The notes under the pieces were generated by a model. The model saw only the letters and a list, made by a program, of their open reading frames with translations, ran no database searches and had not been told where the DNA came from. A DNA stretch of 64,000 bases from Macrostomum hystrix (lineage: Eukaryota > Animalia > Platyhelminthes), in NCBI GenBank assembly GCA_950097015.1, contig CATNEN010000002.1, positions 1,798,001 to 1,862,000 on the forward strand. The letters are read 5' to 3'. The translations under genes and the position numbers were made by a program. Positions within the stretch are counted from its first letter, which is position 1, and each line of letters opens with the position of its first letter. Positions 54,274 to 64,000 of the stretch are shown here, one piece after another.

Positions 54274-57200
54274 CTAAGAAAAGAAAGAAAAGGAAAGAAA
54301 ATTATTAAGGAACCTATATACAGATATTAAAGCCAAAATTTCATGCAATGTGAAAATGAAAATGTTACTAAGTTGCTTAATTTGCTAAAAAATGCCTTTA
54401 CCTAGCTAAGCTATGCCCAATCATTACACAATTTCCCTTGAATTCAGCTAAAAAAAATTTCCCTTAAAAATCAAGTAGCAAAAACAACCAGCATAGCATC
54501 TAGATACACATAAAAGATGCATAGATTCACTAAAAGATTCACTACCTTATCTCTAGTGTAAATGAATTAAGCCAAGTGACAGGCACAAAAATAAGAAAAG
54601 TTAAATGACAATGTACATATTTTTAACCCCATTTAAAATCAAATATATAAATATGATTACCTTATATAAGCTATATAGTTCAATATAGGTTGCTTCTCTA
54701 AAATTATATCTGCAACTTTGGGTTTTCTTGACCATTTTTATAGGCAACACACTTACTCGAGTTTTTATTATATAAAATGTAGGGGTCAGACAATATCACT
54801 TTTAGAGAGTTGATCAAGATTCAAGATTAGTGCATTAGGCCTATGAGTGTAAAATAGTAAAAAAGACTGTTGACTGAAATTAACAATCATAATCATCAAA
54901 CAGTATCTAGTGCTTATTTACTCTAGTCCAGTATATATTATGATTCTACAAAGTTTCTTCCTGGAACCCATCACTTGCATATAAAAGAGAACTTTTTGGC
55001 TAATTTTTTTCTAAAGTTGTGAAGAAGTACAACTGTAGACTAAATAAAATTATAAAATAAAATCTTGAATCTTAACCTTTTTGAGATCTCAAAACCAAGA
55101 TTGAGATTGAAAAAAGTGCCAAGATCATTATGATTGAGACTGAGATATCGTCCAACCTCTAATAAAATGGTAGTCTTATGACCACTCTGAACTAATAATG
55201 GCTTACATGTATATATAGCCAATGGAAACAGTAGTGATTACTAAGGTTGCACTGATACATGTCTACATGCATAATGTTGAAAGTTAGTTAACTTTTTTTG
55301 CCTAAATAATTAGGCCTAACTAAGGGTAATACTGAACTGAATTGATAAATAACTAACAGTATTATTAAAATATTGAATAATAATAGGCCTAATACTAAAC
55401 TAAATATTAGTTGCTATTTATTAGCACTGGTTTCTGAAAAATAGCCATAGTTGTTGAGATATTTAACCTAATTACTAGAATTACTATAGAAAATTGTGAA
55501 AAAAATAATCATTTTATTAGGGTAATGTATCATCAACCAGTGTAAGGCCTACTTCAAAACTGAACAAGAATTTTGACTCCTTCCTTGATCTTGTGCAAGA
55601 CAGAAACAAGCTAGTGTTTCACAGAACATCTAATTAGAAAGTTAAAGAAATCATCTACAAGCTGAGGCATGATGTGCAATGAAGCATTAAGAGGAAAAAA
55701 AGATATTGATGTTTCAGTAGAAATTTTTATTGCAAAAGCATACTTTGTGACAACTTTTTTTCAGTAGGTACTTAGTACTTTAGACAAAGATTGTATGTGG
55801 TTGCTTGCCAATAGCCAATTAAATGACCATAAATGTAGTTAGGCCTATTTATAGAGCATGAAAATGCTTTCAAATTACATAATCTATGATAGTTCACTCC
55901 TTAAAATAAGATTAAACCACTCACTCAAATTGTAAAATCAAACATCAAATTCTCTGTTTGGTTTGAAGATACATGAAAATCATTGTTTGGTTTTAGAAAA
56001 AAAAGCAGGAATAACTTTTTTCTATTTGACAAAATAGCAAAAGCAGATACTTTTTAGAAAGATGTAACTGTTTTCTATAACTTGGATTTTGATTTATCAT
56101 CATATCTTAAATAGAAAATCTGTAGCTTAGGTTTGAAGTTAAAAAATAAACATTCTTGTTTGGTTGATGATACATTACCCTATATATAATAATGATTGTA
56201 AATTATTAAACAGTTCTTAAATTATGACATGCATGTACATGATTATATTTTCTTCTTCTGTTTTAATAATAATTGGTAAGTTTTTTTATGATTCCCATAA
56301 TACATTTTATAATTTGTACTTAACCGAATTGTTGAATAGGGCCTACAAAATGTTAGCCCTGATCATTTTTATGTAGATTGGTATATGGCAAGAAATATTC
56401 ACTTATGTCCAGCATATACTCTGCCATGACAATCCAGAGTATGGATGGAATATATATCGTCTTAAGACTAAATTAATTGTTAAGCAATAGAAAATCAAGG
56501 AATCTCAAGTTTTTATTTTAGCTAATATAAAACATACTACCAGATTATACAGTTAATAACATTGCTTAGTTATAACATGTTTCTAATTCTTAACATTAGA
56601 ATTAGACAGCCTAAAGATCTAGGCCCATAGCCGCATAGATATCAAACAAGCATATGCACTATACTACAGTCTAACATGCAATGACTCACAGCACTCCAAC
56701 GTAGGCGCTCTTCTGCTGAATATGTCTCGAATCGGACATCACTCAGTTTAAAAGTCTGACTAAAGTACTTAGTACTATTATACCACAATATGCAGTATGT
56801 TGAGTTCAATTTAATCTCCTGGACTCGAGTTAGTGGATTCTGTCTTAATTGCCTTTTTGAGGAGGAAGATTTGGGCGTGGTAGTGATTGAGCTCTGCATT
56901 GGAGCGGTATGTTTGATATGCAACAGAATAAATGCCTACAATATGCGAGATTTAGAAATTAGAAATCCAGGACAGCAGTAAAGTAAAGAAAGTGTATATA
57001 ATTTATGTGATGAATGTGATAAATAAAAGAAAAAGAATAGCGAGAAAAAGCTGGCAAAAGTGTTCAAATTTTAATTGTTAAAACAAAAACAGTTAATTAT
57101 CTATAATCGCGGCCCTTGTACCTTAGACAAATGTGCATATATATTTCGCTTAAATAGTTTCTTATTACTTATTTTTTAATTTTAATGGTGTTTGTGGTTT

Positions 57201-57960
57201 ATCAACGAACACTGGAATCTGCCAGTTTTATACAAATTGCACAATATGTTCAGTTCAAGGGAAAGAATATTTAAAATACCTGTCGAACGGTATCGTTCGA
57301 AATCGTTATGCATGTATCGTTATGCATGTGTGCACTTAAATATTTGCTATATACAATGTGAACTTCGGAAAATATTAAATATACTGTACAAATTATTTTG
57401 CATACTTATCAGGTTGACTTGTCAGATCTGACCATATCTGTGAAGAAACCAAAAAAGTAAACTGAATGACTATACCAAAAATTTTATTGTTTCTCACTTC
57501 CAAAATGTTGTAAATCATTAATGAACTGACTTTTCAAGACAATAGCTGTTGGTGAAAACATTATTTTTTTATTTTCTATAGCTGTGACATCTTACTGTCT
57601 CTTGCCGGATCTGATCATATCTGTCAAGAAACCCAAAGGAAGCAGACTTAATGACAATTAGAAAAAATGGAAGTTTTTTATTACAAGAATAGCTGCAACA
57701 CAGTTAAATTTGTTTTTTTGGTAGCCGTGACAGTTAGCGCATATTTTATTTTCTTACACATTCCTAACAGATCTTAGCAGTTCTGCCAAGATTTTATAGG
57801 ATAAGTCAGATCTTACAAGGCAGAATGTAAGATTGTCAACTAGGGTCAGTAGTACTTTTTGCTAACCTTATTTGGAAATTCAGTATTCTGGTAAACAGAG
57901 CTAGCTAAGCAATACATTTGGCACCTACTATAAAGACATTTATCTGCTTTTGCCATACAG

Positions 57961-58175
57961 GAGGATGTGCATGCAGCCGACAGCACAGCCGCTGCTATTG
58001 GCACGGATGTTCAGTCCGTCAACTTGTTGGACGTCACACCCATGCACCCTCAATTACCCCAGCTAATGCTGCAACCTGAAGAAAACAGCTGGGTGAGCTG
58101 AAGCAATGTGGAGTTAATTATCTTAATAAATGACACAAATTGTTTCAGTGGAGTCAATCAACTCCCGGACTTTGA
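57961..58175 (+). other. Two orphan exon-like segments (57961-58092, 58149-58175)
   Basis: atacag|GAG...TGG|gtgagc and tttcag|TGG...TGA; 56-bp GT-AG intron; only one open frame (EDVHAADSTAAAIG...NSW WSQSTPGL*). Confidence 0.45.
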
Positions 58176-58837
58176 AGTCGTGAGTCCGACCCACTACTGT
58201 CTGTGTACATGCAATACTGCTATTTTTTGTCTGGAATTATTTGAAAGTGTATTTCGTTTTGTATAATTTTATCGAAAACTGCAGATTCCAAGAATTAGCA
58301 CTGTAAAATTTTATTTAAATGTTTTTCATTTATACAAAACCGACTTATTTCATTTGGGTATTGTATAAGCATTTCCTCGAGTTAGTTCTATAAAGTCCCA
58401 AACACGGACTATTACAAGTCACAAATCGACGAACAACAAGCGGTTAAGTATAATGTGCACTTGCAAATAAAATCTAATTAAATCTAATTAATGTTGCATA
58501 TTAAATATATAAAGCACGTAGGTGTGTATATAAAACACGACCCGAGCTACATTGTAGAGTCTAGAGCTATAAACTATAACCTGTAAGGCAATTTTACTGT
58601 AAATTCTGTGCGAGAACGCTCGCACGTCATTGCACATGCATTTTGCTGGTGTGCTTTCGCAGGCAAGCACAATAGATGATTACGCAATAGAAACTCATTC
58701 GTTATAAAAGCTTGTGTGTACGATCAGGGCCTCTGACCGAAAACAGCTGCAAAAACTCATTCCGAACATGACGTACTAGCTGCTACTCGAGACACCAAGC
58801 AATTCTCTACCAGACTAGTGCTGCCTAGTTCGTGACC

Positions 58838-60073
58838 ATGAAAAGTATTTTCAGGTTGCCCTTGCTTTTCATTCCTTTGTTCTTGTTGACACAAATCGTC
58901 AGTGCTCAGGGCATTGAGTCGGCGTCATTCACAACTGCTCACGTTGCCGTGTCCCGCCTGTTGCGACCCCCGAACATCAGACACCAGTTTCTGCACCGCA
59001 TTGAACTGCAATTTCGCACCTCCCAGTATGGCATTGGAAAACTGCTTGTCCTGGAGGAAGACACTCAAAATCAGCTGATCATTGGAGTTACTCAAGCCAA
59101 CGAGCTTTCCATGACGCTTAGCAAGTTGGCTCTGGACTCTAACATTACCAACAATCGAGCTCATAGTCGCAAGCTGAAAATCAGTGCGCCTGGAGTGGCC
59201 AACGGTGAGTGGCATCATCTGTCAGTGACTCTGGAAGGAGGCTGGCGCTTGTTGCTGGACAGCAAGCCGCTAGTTGATTGGTTGCCTGACAATGCCTCTG
59301 TTCGCTTCCCGTTCAACAATCGGGTGAAGCTGAGCTTCGGTCAGGAGTTTAGAGGCTGCTTGGCAAATGTCACTCTGAACGGAGCTGTTGTGGTCCCTCT
59401 GCACTCGAATTCGAAGCTGCTGAACCAGACGGACTTCCTTTTGCCGGTAGAGATCGAGCGGCTGCCGAATTCTGGGCCCGGATGTCGCCAGTCGCCGTGC
59501 CTCTGCAAGCCGAACGGTATCTGCGTTTATCGCCAGTGGGATCTGGTGGACCGATGCAGCTGCCGCTCCGGGTACACTTCAGCTTCGCTGTGCGACGATG
59601 CATCCCTACTGAAGGAATGGAACTACTGCAGAACCCAGAGAGGCGATCATCCTCTATGCTTGTATAGCAGCTACTCCTGCAAGAACTTATTTAAAAAGGA
59701 TTTATGCACTTGTACTAAACTGTCTTATCAGAATCCGTGCCGCGATTTGAAAATTTGTCTGCCCATTACCAAGTGCCAAAAGGAGAACAACTGCTTCGTA
59801 TCTGGAGCCGGAACAAAGACCTACCAACCAACGGTCGGTGCACTGTGCCAGTGCGTCCGAGATCCAAGGTCCGACACGTGCCAGAATCAAGAGACAATCA
59901 CAGACTCGAAGGTGCTTGTTCGAACTACCAGCATATCCGTCACTTTTCTCGTCCTGTTTCTCGTGGGCCTTGTCAGTTCCGTGATCCTGATCATCCGGAG
60001 ACGAAGGCGAAGCACTTACGATCAAAACTATGGAAGCTGCATGTTTGGCACATTCTGTTTTGAATCAATTTAA
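58838..60073 (+). CDS. Intronless type I membrane protein (~411 aa): signal peptide, laminin G domain, EGF-like Cys-rich repeats, TM helix
   Basis: MKSIFRLPLLFIPLFLLTQIVSA; LamG motifs IELQFRTSQYGIGKLL, VANGEWHHLSV, FRGCLANVTLNG; EGF GCRQSPCLCKPNGIC...CSCRSGYT; TM ISVTFLVLFLVGLVSSVILII then RRRRR. Confidence 0.85.
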   Translation: MKSIFRLPLLFIPLFLLTQIVSAQGIESASFTTAHVAVSRLLRPPNIRHQFLHRIELQFRTSQYGIGKLLVLEEDTQNQLIIGVTQANELSMTLSKLALDSNITNNRAHSRKLKISAPGVANGEWHHLSVTLEGGWRLLLDSKPLVDWLPDNASVRFPFNNRVKLSFGQEFRGCLANVTLNGAVVVPLHSNSKLLNQTDFLLPVEIERLPNSGPGCRQSPCLCKPNGICVYRQWDLVDRCSCRSGYTSASLCDDASLLKEWNYCRTQRGDHPLCLYSSYSCKNLFKKDLCTCTKLSYQNPCRDLKICLPITKCQKENNCFVSGAGTKTYQPTVGALCQCVRDPRSDTCQNQETITDSKVLVRTTSISVTFLVLFLVGLVSSVILIIRRRRRSTYDQNYGSCMFGTFCFESI

Positions 60074-60845
60074 TAAACACGCAGTACTATATAGCTGTAT
60101 AGAGTTCTGTATTACCCAAAAAATAATAGTTTTTTTATGTTTTAGCGATTTAGAAGTTCTATTTGTTTGTAAACAAGCAAGTGTTGGAGTAATTAATAAG
60201 CAGACTCTAAACATACTTTTAGCAAACATAAAATCAGAATACTGCAAATTCTTATCATTATTAAGACTTTTAGGCAAAGTCAAGCCACTAATTTCAAGAA
60301 AAAAATCGAAGGAAATTTTTTACTACTTCGAAGTATTTCATGGTTGATTAAAAAACAATTTTCGATAACGCGAACAAAGGACAATTTTGACCATTTATGG
60401 ACAACATTTATATCCTGGTGTCAGATCGGATTAAAGGTCGCAGGTCACATCAGTGCTAATAATCAGACTGCTGCTGCATGATCATAGCTCACACTGCAGT
60501 ACTCATGCCAGTTCAACAACCCACCAGTCCGGATTAATTATAGTATAACTGGTATAAATTATATAAGTATAAATTCACACAAAATTCTAAGCATTAAAAT
60601 GAGGTCCCACAGACTATATAAAAGATCACTGAAAACTGTAAAAAGTTGTTTATATTGCCGTTTACTTTCTGCAAATACATGGCAATGGCGCACTGCAACT
60701 TCGCCCTTCATTTACATGAAACGTAAGCTAGTGTCGTATTTTATGTATTATATGAAAGACTATTGTGACGATTAAAACACAGAGGACGAAGTCGAAGTCA
60801 GAGCAGCGGCAATTGTAAGTTTGGCAATTCAGAGTCAGTAATGTC

Positions 60846-61423
60846 TGTGACGTAGCGGTAGCACTTTTATTCTGGGTGCACTGGGACGTCGACAAGCAGG
60901 GCGTTATGTAAGGCGTAGGAGCTCGTTAATGGTGATTGTTGGACACGAACAGAACCGAATGTAGTGGTGTAGTGAGAGAATGGCACAGCACAAACGTAGA
61001 AGGGCGAGAGTGAGGCGCGAAGAGTGCAGGAAGAGTGAAGCGCGAGCGAAGAATGACCGAAAGAGAAGGACCGAAGGTGAAGGACCGCAAGTGAAGCGCG
61101 AGCGGGCCTGAAGCCCTTGATTAAGTAAACTAGGCTAACTGAAAAACATAGCGATCGATACTTCCGGCCAGCCAGAGCTCGCACGCTCATTGGCCGGGGG
61201 GGAAATACATTAAGATACGCGTAGGAAATAGCTAGAATGGCGCGATATGCGTTTATGGTTACTAACAGTAGCGCCCTAATAATTTGACTTAATAATATAA
61301 ATTAACAGAATTGGATGATATTATACGATGAGTTAAAACGGCCCAAGCTAGTACATAATTAGGAAATTAAGCATGTAATCAACGCATAGAGTAATATTGC
61401 AGGGGCGCCTTCAACAAGTGACA
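60846..61423 (-). mobile_element. Probable solo LTR (578 bp)
   Basis: TGT...ACA termini; flanks atgtc (60841-60845) and acgtc (61424-61428) form a 5-bp TSD with one CpG-type change; minus-strand CT-rich tract and AATAAA ~20 nt from its 3' end. Confidence 0.6.
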
Positions 61424-61894
61424 ACGTCACACTATAAAGTCTCTGCAAAAAAATTAAATAGTTTTATCGGTTTTTATAGTGCAGTTCTACAAAGCATGTA
61501 AAATAGTTTCCCCTAAAGTACATGGTTTTCAACGTTTATAAGTACAACTTAGAGTGTTGTACTTATAATATACTTATAAAAACATGTAAAAATGTTTTTA
61601 TTTCCTTAATAATTTCGGCTTTAGAATTACTACTCAAAAGCAACGAACAACAAAACTCAAGTGTTTGCTGCTGAAGTGAAAAATATAATAGCTTGTTGCC
61701 ACTGGCGGTCTAAGTCAGTACTGATTTTTTAGGGATAAATTAGTTTGTCGAATTGTTATAGTAAATATACTTTTTATTTCCTGAAAAAGTTTAAATTTGA
61801 TATGAATAAACGATCGATCGACAGACACCGACACGACGATTTATTAGTGAAAGAGAGTTTTAAGTTTCTAGTTAATAAACTTTGCTCAATAGCA

Positions 61895-61936
61895 ATGTCA
61901 CAGCAAATTCCTATAAAGTTCCAAGAGCATTTTCAG
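61895..61936 (+). CDS. CLTC: Clathrin heavy chain, first coding exon (gene continues beyond the window)
   Basis: MSQQIPIKFQEHFQ|gtgagt matches the conserved clathrin heavy chain N-terminus MAQILPIRFQEHLQ; phase-0 donor after codon 14. Confidence 0.85.
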
Positions 61937-62544
61937 GTGAGTTACAAATAAGAAATGCTAACAATAAAACATAGGCGATCTATAGAATTTTACTCTTCTC
62001 TGATTGTAAAAACTATCCTATTTCAAGTAAATGTTATGTTACAGTAATCAGAAGTTACTTCGTTTTGAGTGTATATTTTTTGCCTGAAATGTTGCCCAGT
62101 ATATATAACTTAGTATTGGGTGTTGCTTATTATTTGTTGATGTTAGGCTAGGCCTTGCTAATATTTGTATTTGTAGCTTGTAACTTTTATAGAATATCCA
62201 GGCAAACCAGCTAAAATCGCCATATTTTAGATTACTGTAATCTAAATTGCAAAAGTAATATTGGTAGTGATGGGCACCAAAAAGTTTATTTTAGGGCCAC
62301 TAAATAGGACTGTTGCTAACTGGTTGAAGGAAAAATTAAGCAATTGCTAAAAAGCAGGCGCTTTTCCCATTGCAAATTTAGCCTAATTAGTACTGCTAAC
62401 TTTGAAATATGCTAAATTTAAAAGTGTAAATAAACTGTTACTAACATTAACAATAGGTGCATTTTTGCAAAAACACAATAGTCTAAATTTAATCAATTGA
62501 AGGTTGTTATATATAGACATGTATATATAGTCATTTAAAACATA

Positions 62545-63071
62545 GGCAGTGCTTATCCCCACGGTACCGTAGAAATAATTTTTGTCTTATTCCTACGGTA
62601 CCGTGGGAATAATTTCCTGCTTATCCGCACGGCACACTGACGAGATAGCTGTCCTATCATCTATCTTTTTATCATGACTGCAATTTTCCTTTTTTCTTCC
62701 GGTTTTTAAAAGCAAGTAAACAAATTAAAGTTTTCTGCTTTTTTCGCAAGTAGTTACCCAATATGGTGGCTTTTTAAAGTATATAAAATATATATTTCTA
62801 TTATTTATATATTCAAAAGAATACAACTGAAGTGTGTATTTTTCTAATCATATAGCTCAAGCCTTCTAAGTCTATAATCCAGTCTATTACTTTATTCTAG
62901 GCCAAGTTAAAATAGGTCCATAAAAAATGTCTGACAGTGCCAACGGAATATGTTGAAGATAGGACAGCTATCTCGTCAGTGTGCCGTGCGGATAAGCAGG
63001 AAATTATTCCCACGGTACCGTAGGAATAAGACAAAAATTATTTCCACGGTACCGTAGGGATAAGCACTGCC
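62545..63071. mobile_element. Mutator(MULE)-type MITE, 527 bp, ~115-bp TIRs, 9-bp TSD TAAAACATA, clathrin intron 1
   Basis: ggcagtgcttatcc...gctgtcctatc versus gataggacagc...gataagcactgcc; taaaacata at 62536-62544 and 63072-63080. Confidence 0.9.
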
Positions 63072-63937
63072 TAAAACATAATGCATGTATGGCATTGCAG
63101 TGATATTTTAATTGCATTAAATAAAAATAAGAATATAATGAGAACAGGATGAAAATAATTGAAACCCAAGATTCATAGTAACAAGGATTGATTTTAATGA
63201 CAATTGCAGTTTGCAAGTGAGTTGTGAGAACTAATTAATTACCCTAATGGAGTGAATTTAAAAAAGCTACGGACACCCCTGCTAGGCGCACAGGTGCGCA
63301 GTTGTTTTCAAGAAAAAGAGCGCAAATCGGCAATTGCTGTATATCTTCGATGTAGTAATTGATTTCACGAAAAAATGTCAAAAGATCTTTTTTTATCTCC
63401 GTAGTGTATTTCTAAAAATAGAACAGGTAGGCCCTACATGGTGCTTTTGCAAAAATACAGACGCATATACCAAATGACCTTTTTTCGATCTCCGTAGTGT
63501 ATTTCAACAACTTACGACAACGTTACACACACAAGGCGCGGCTGCACAGACAGGAATTTCTTTCTGCGCAGTCAATTTTTCATAAGCACGCCAGACGCTG
63601 TCCGCTAAAACCCCTATTAGCTCCATTAATTAGAGCCCTCCCTGTTACTTTGTATACTTCCGTAATTTTTGCATTATGTTACTGTTCATAAATGGTTTTA
63701 AACACAAATGTAAAGCAATGTATGTTCATTATTATTTTATTTTTTTATTTCTTTATTAAAAGTTGACTACTCTATTTTAAACATTATTTGATGCTAACCA
63801 CTGCATTCTTTTCTGAATTCTAGGCATCCTTTTCTGATTAGTGTAATTACTAGCAAGTTTTGCCCCCCTTCATTTTTAATTCATCTTGTATATACTTTTT
63901 AGCAGCTGTATTTTCAGCTTTTTTAAGCTACAATGAT

Positions 63938-64000
63938 CACCCAGTTGACAATGATAACCCAGTTGACAATGTTCCCCCAGTTGACAATAATCCCCAGTTG
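63938..64000. repeat. Start of an ~18-19 bp tandem repeat (cccagttgacaat...), truncated by the window end
   Basis: cccagttgacaat occurs three times plus a partial copy. Confidence 0.75.

Larger units (their letters stand above)
48065..57845 (-). mobile_element. EnSpm/CACTA-like (CMC) DNA transposon, 9781 bp, possibly autonomous
   Basis: TIR ccctagt(c/t)gacaat; atctgactta at the same offset (35) in both ends; 2-bp TSD TC (48063-48064; 57846-57847); subterminal agatctg motifs at 48100-48240 and 57415-57830; contains a transposase and an accessory gene. Confidence 0.9.

Noticed and set aside
55040-56981. Short ORFs and exon-like pieces in the EnSpm 5' half
   Set aside because: Phases do not join the accessory-gene acceptor and no domain is recognisable; left unassigned.

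Overview
Eukaryotic (metazoan) genomic DNA: GC-rich spliced exons, many short GT-AG introns, AT-rich intergenic DNA, and dense minisatellites and transposons. This architecture, plus poly-Ala/Gln tracts and DM9 genes, resembles a free-living flatworm such as Macrostomum (inference, not demonstrated). Host genes reconstructed by hand from splice sites and phases: a 4-exon type I membrane protein (FN3-like + 2 laminin-EGF + TM, minus, 1474-4285) head-to-head with an 18-exon axonemal dynein heavy chain (DNAH2-like, ~4562 aa, 5273-26679); a 2-exon secreted protein (28755-30299, minus); TIM21 (33937-36488, minus); two convergent DM9-repeat lectin paralogs (36860-37450 plus; 46462-47713 minus); an intronless LamG-EGF-TM gene (58838-60073); and exon 1 of clathrin heavy chain (61895-61936). 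Mobile DNA: a 9.8-kb EnSpm/CACTA-like element (intact transposase, BEN-like accessory gene, CCCTAG termini, 2-bp TSD), a 3.3-kb non-autonomous relative, a decayed LINE, five copies of a tRNA-derived SINE, two hAT-type MITEs, one MULE-type MITE, one unclassified foldback and a solo LTR. Most interesting: (i) TIM21 and both transposon genes open at phase-0 splice acceptors with no nearby ATG, which fits initiation on the 3'-terminal AUG of a flatworm spliced leader; (ii) a SINE insertion whose 13-bp TSD duplicated a dynein splice acceptor; (iii) a coding-like ORF nested in dynein intron 4; (iv) a DM9 lectin gene bracketed by two EnSpm-family elements.
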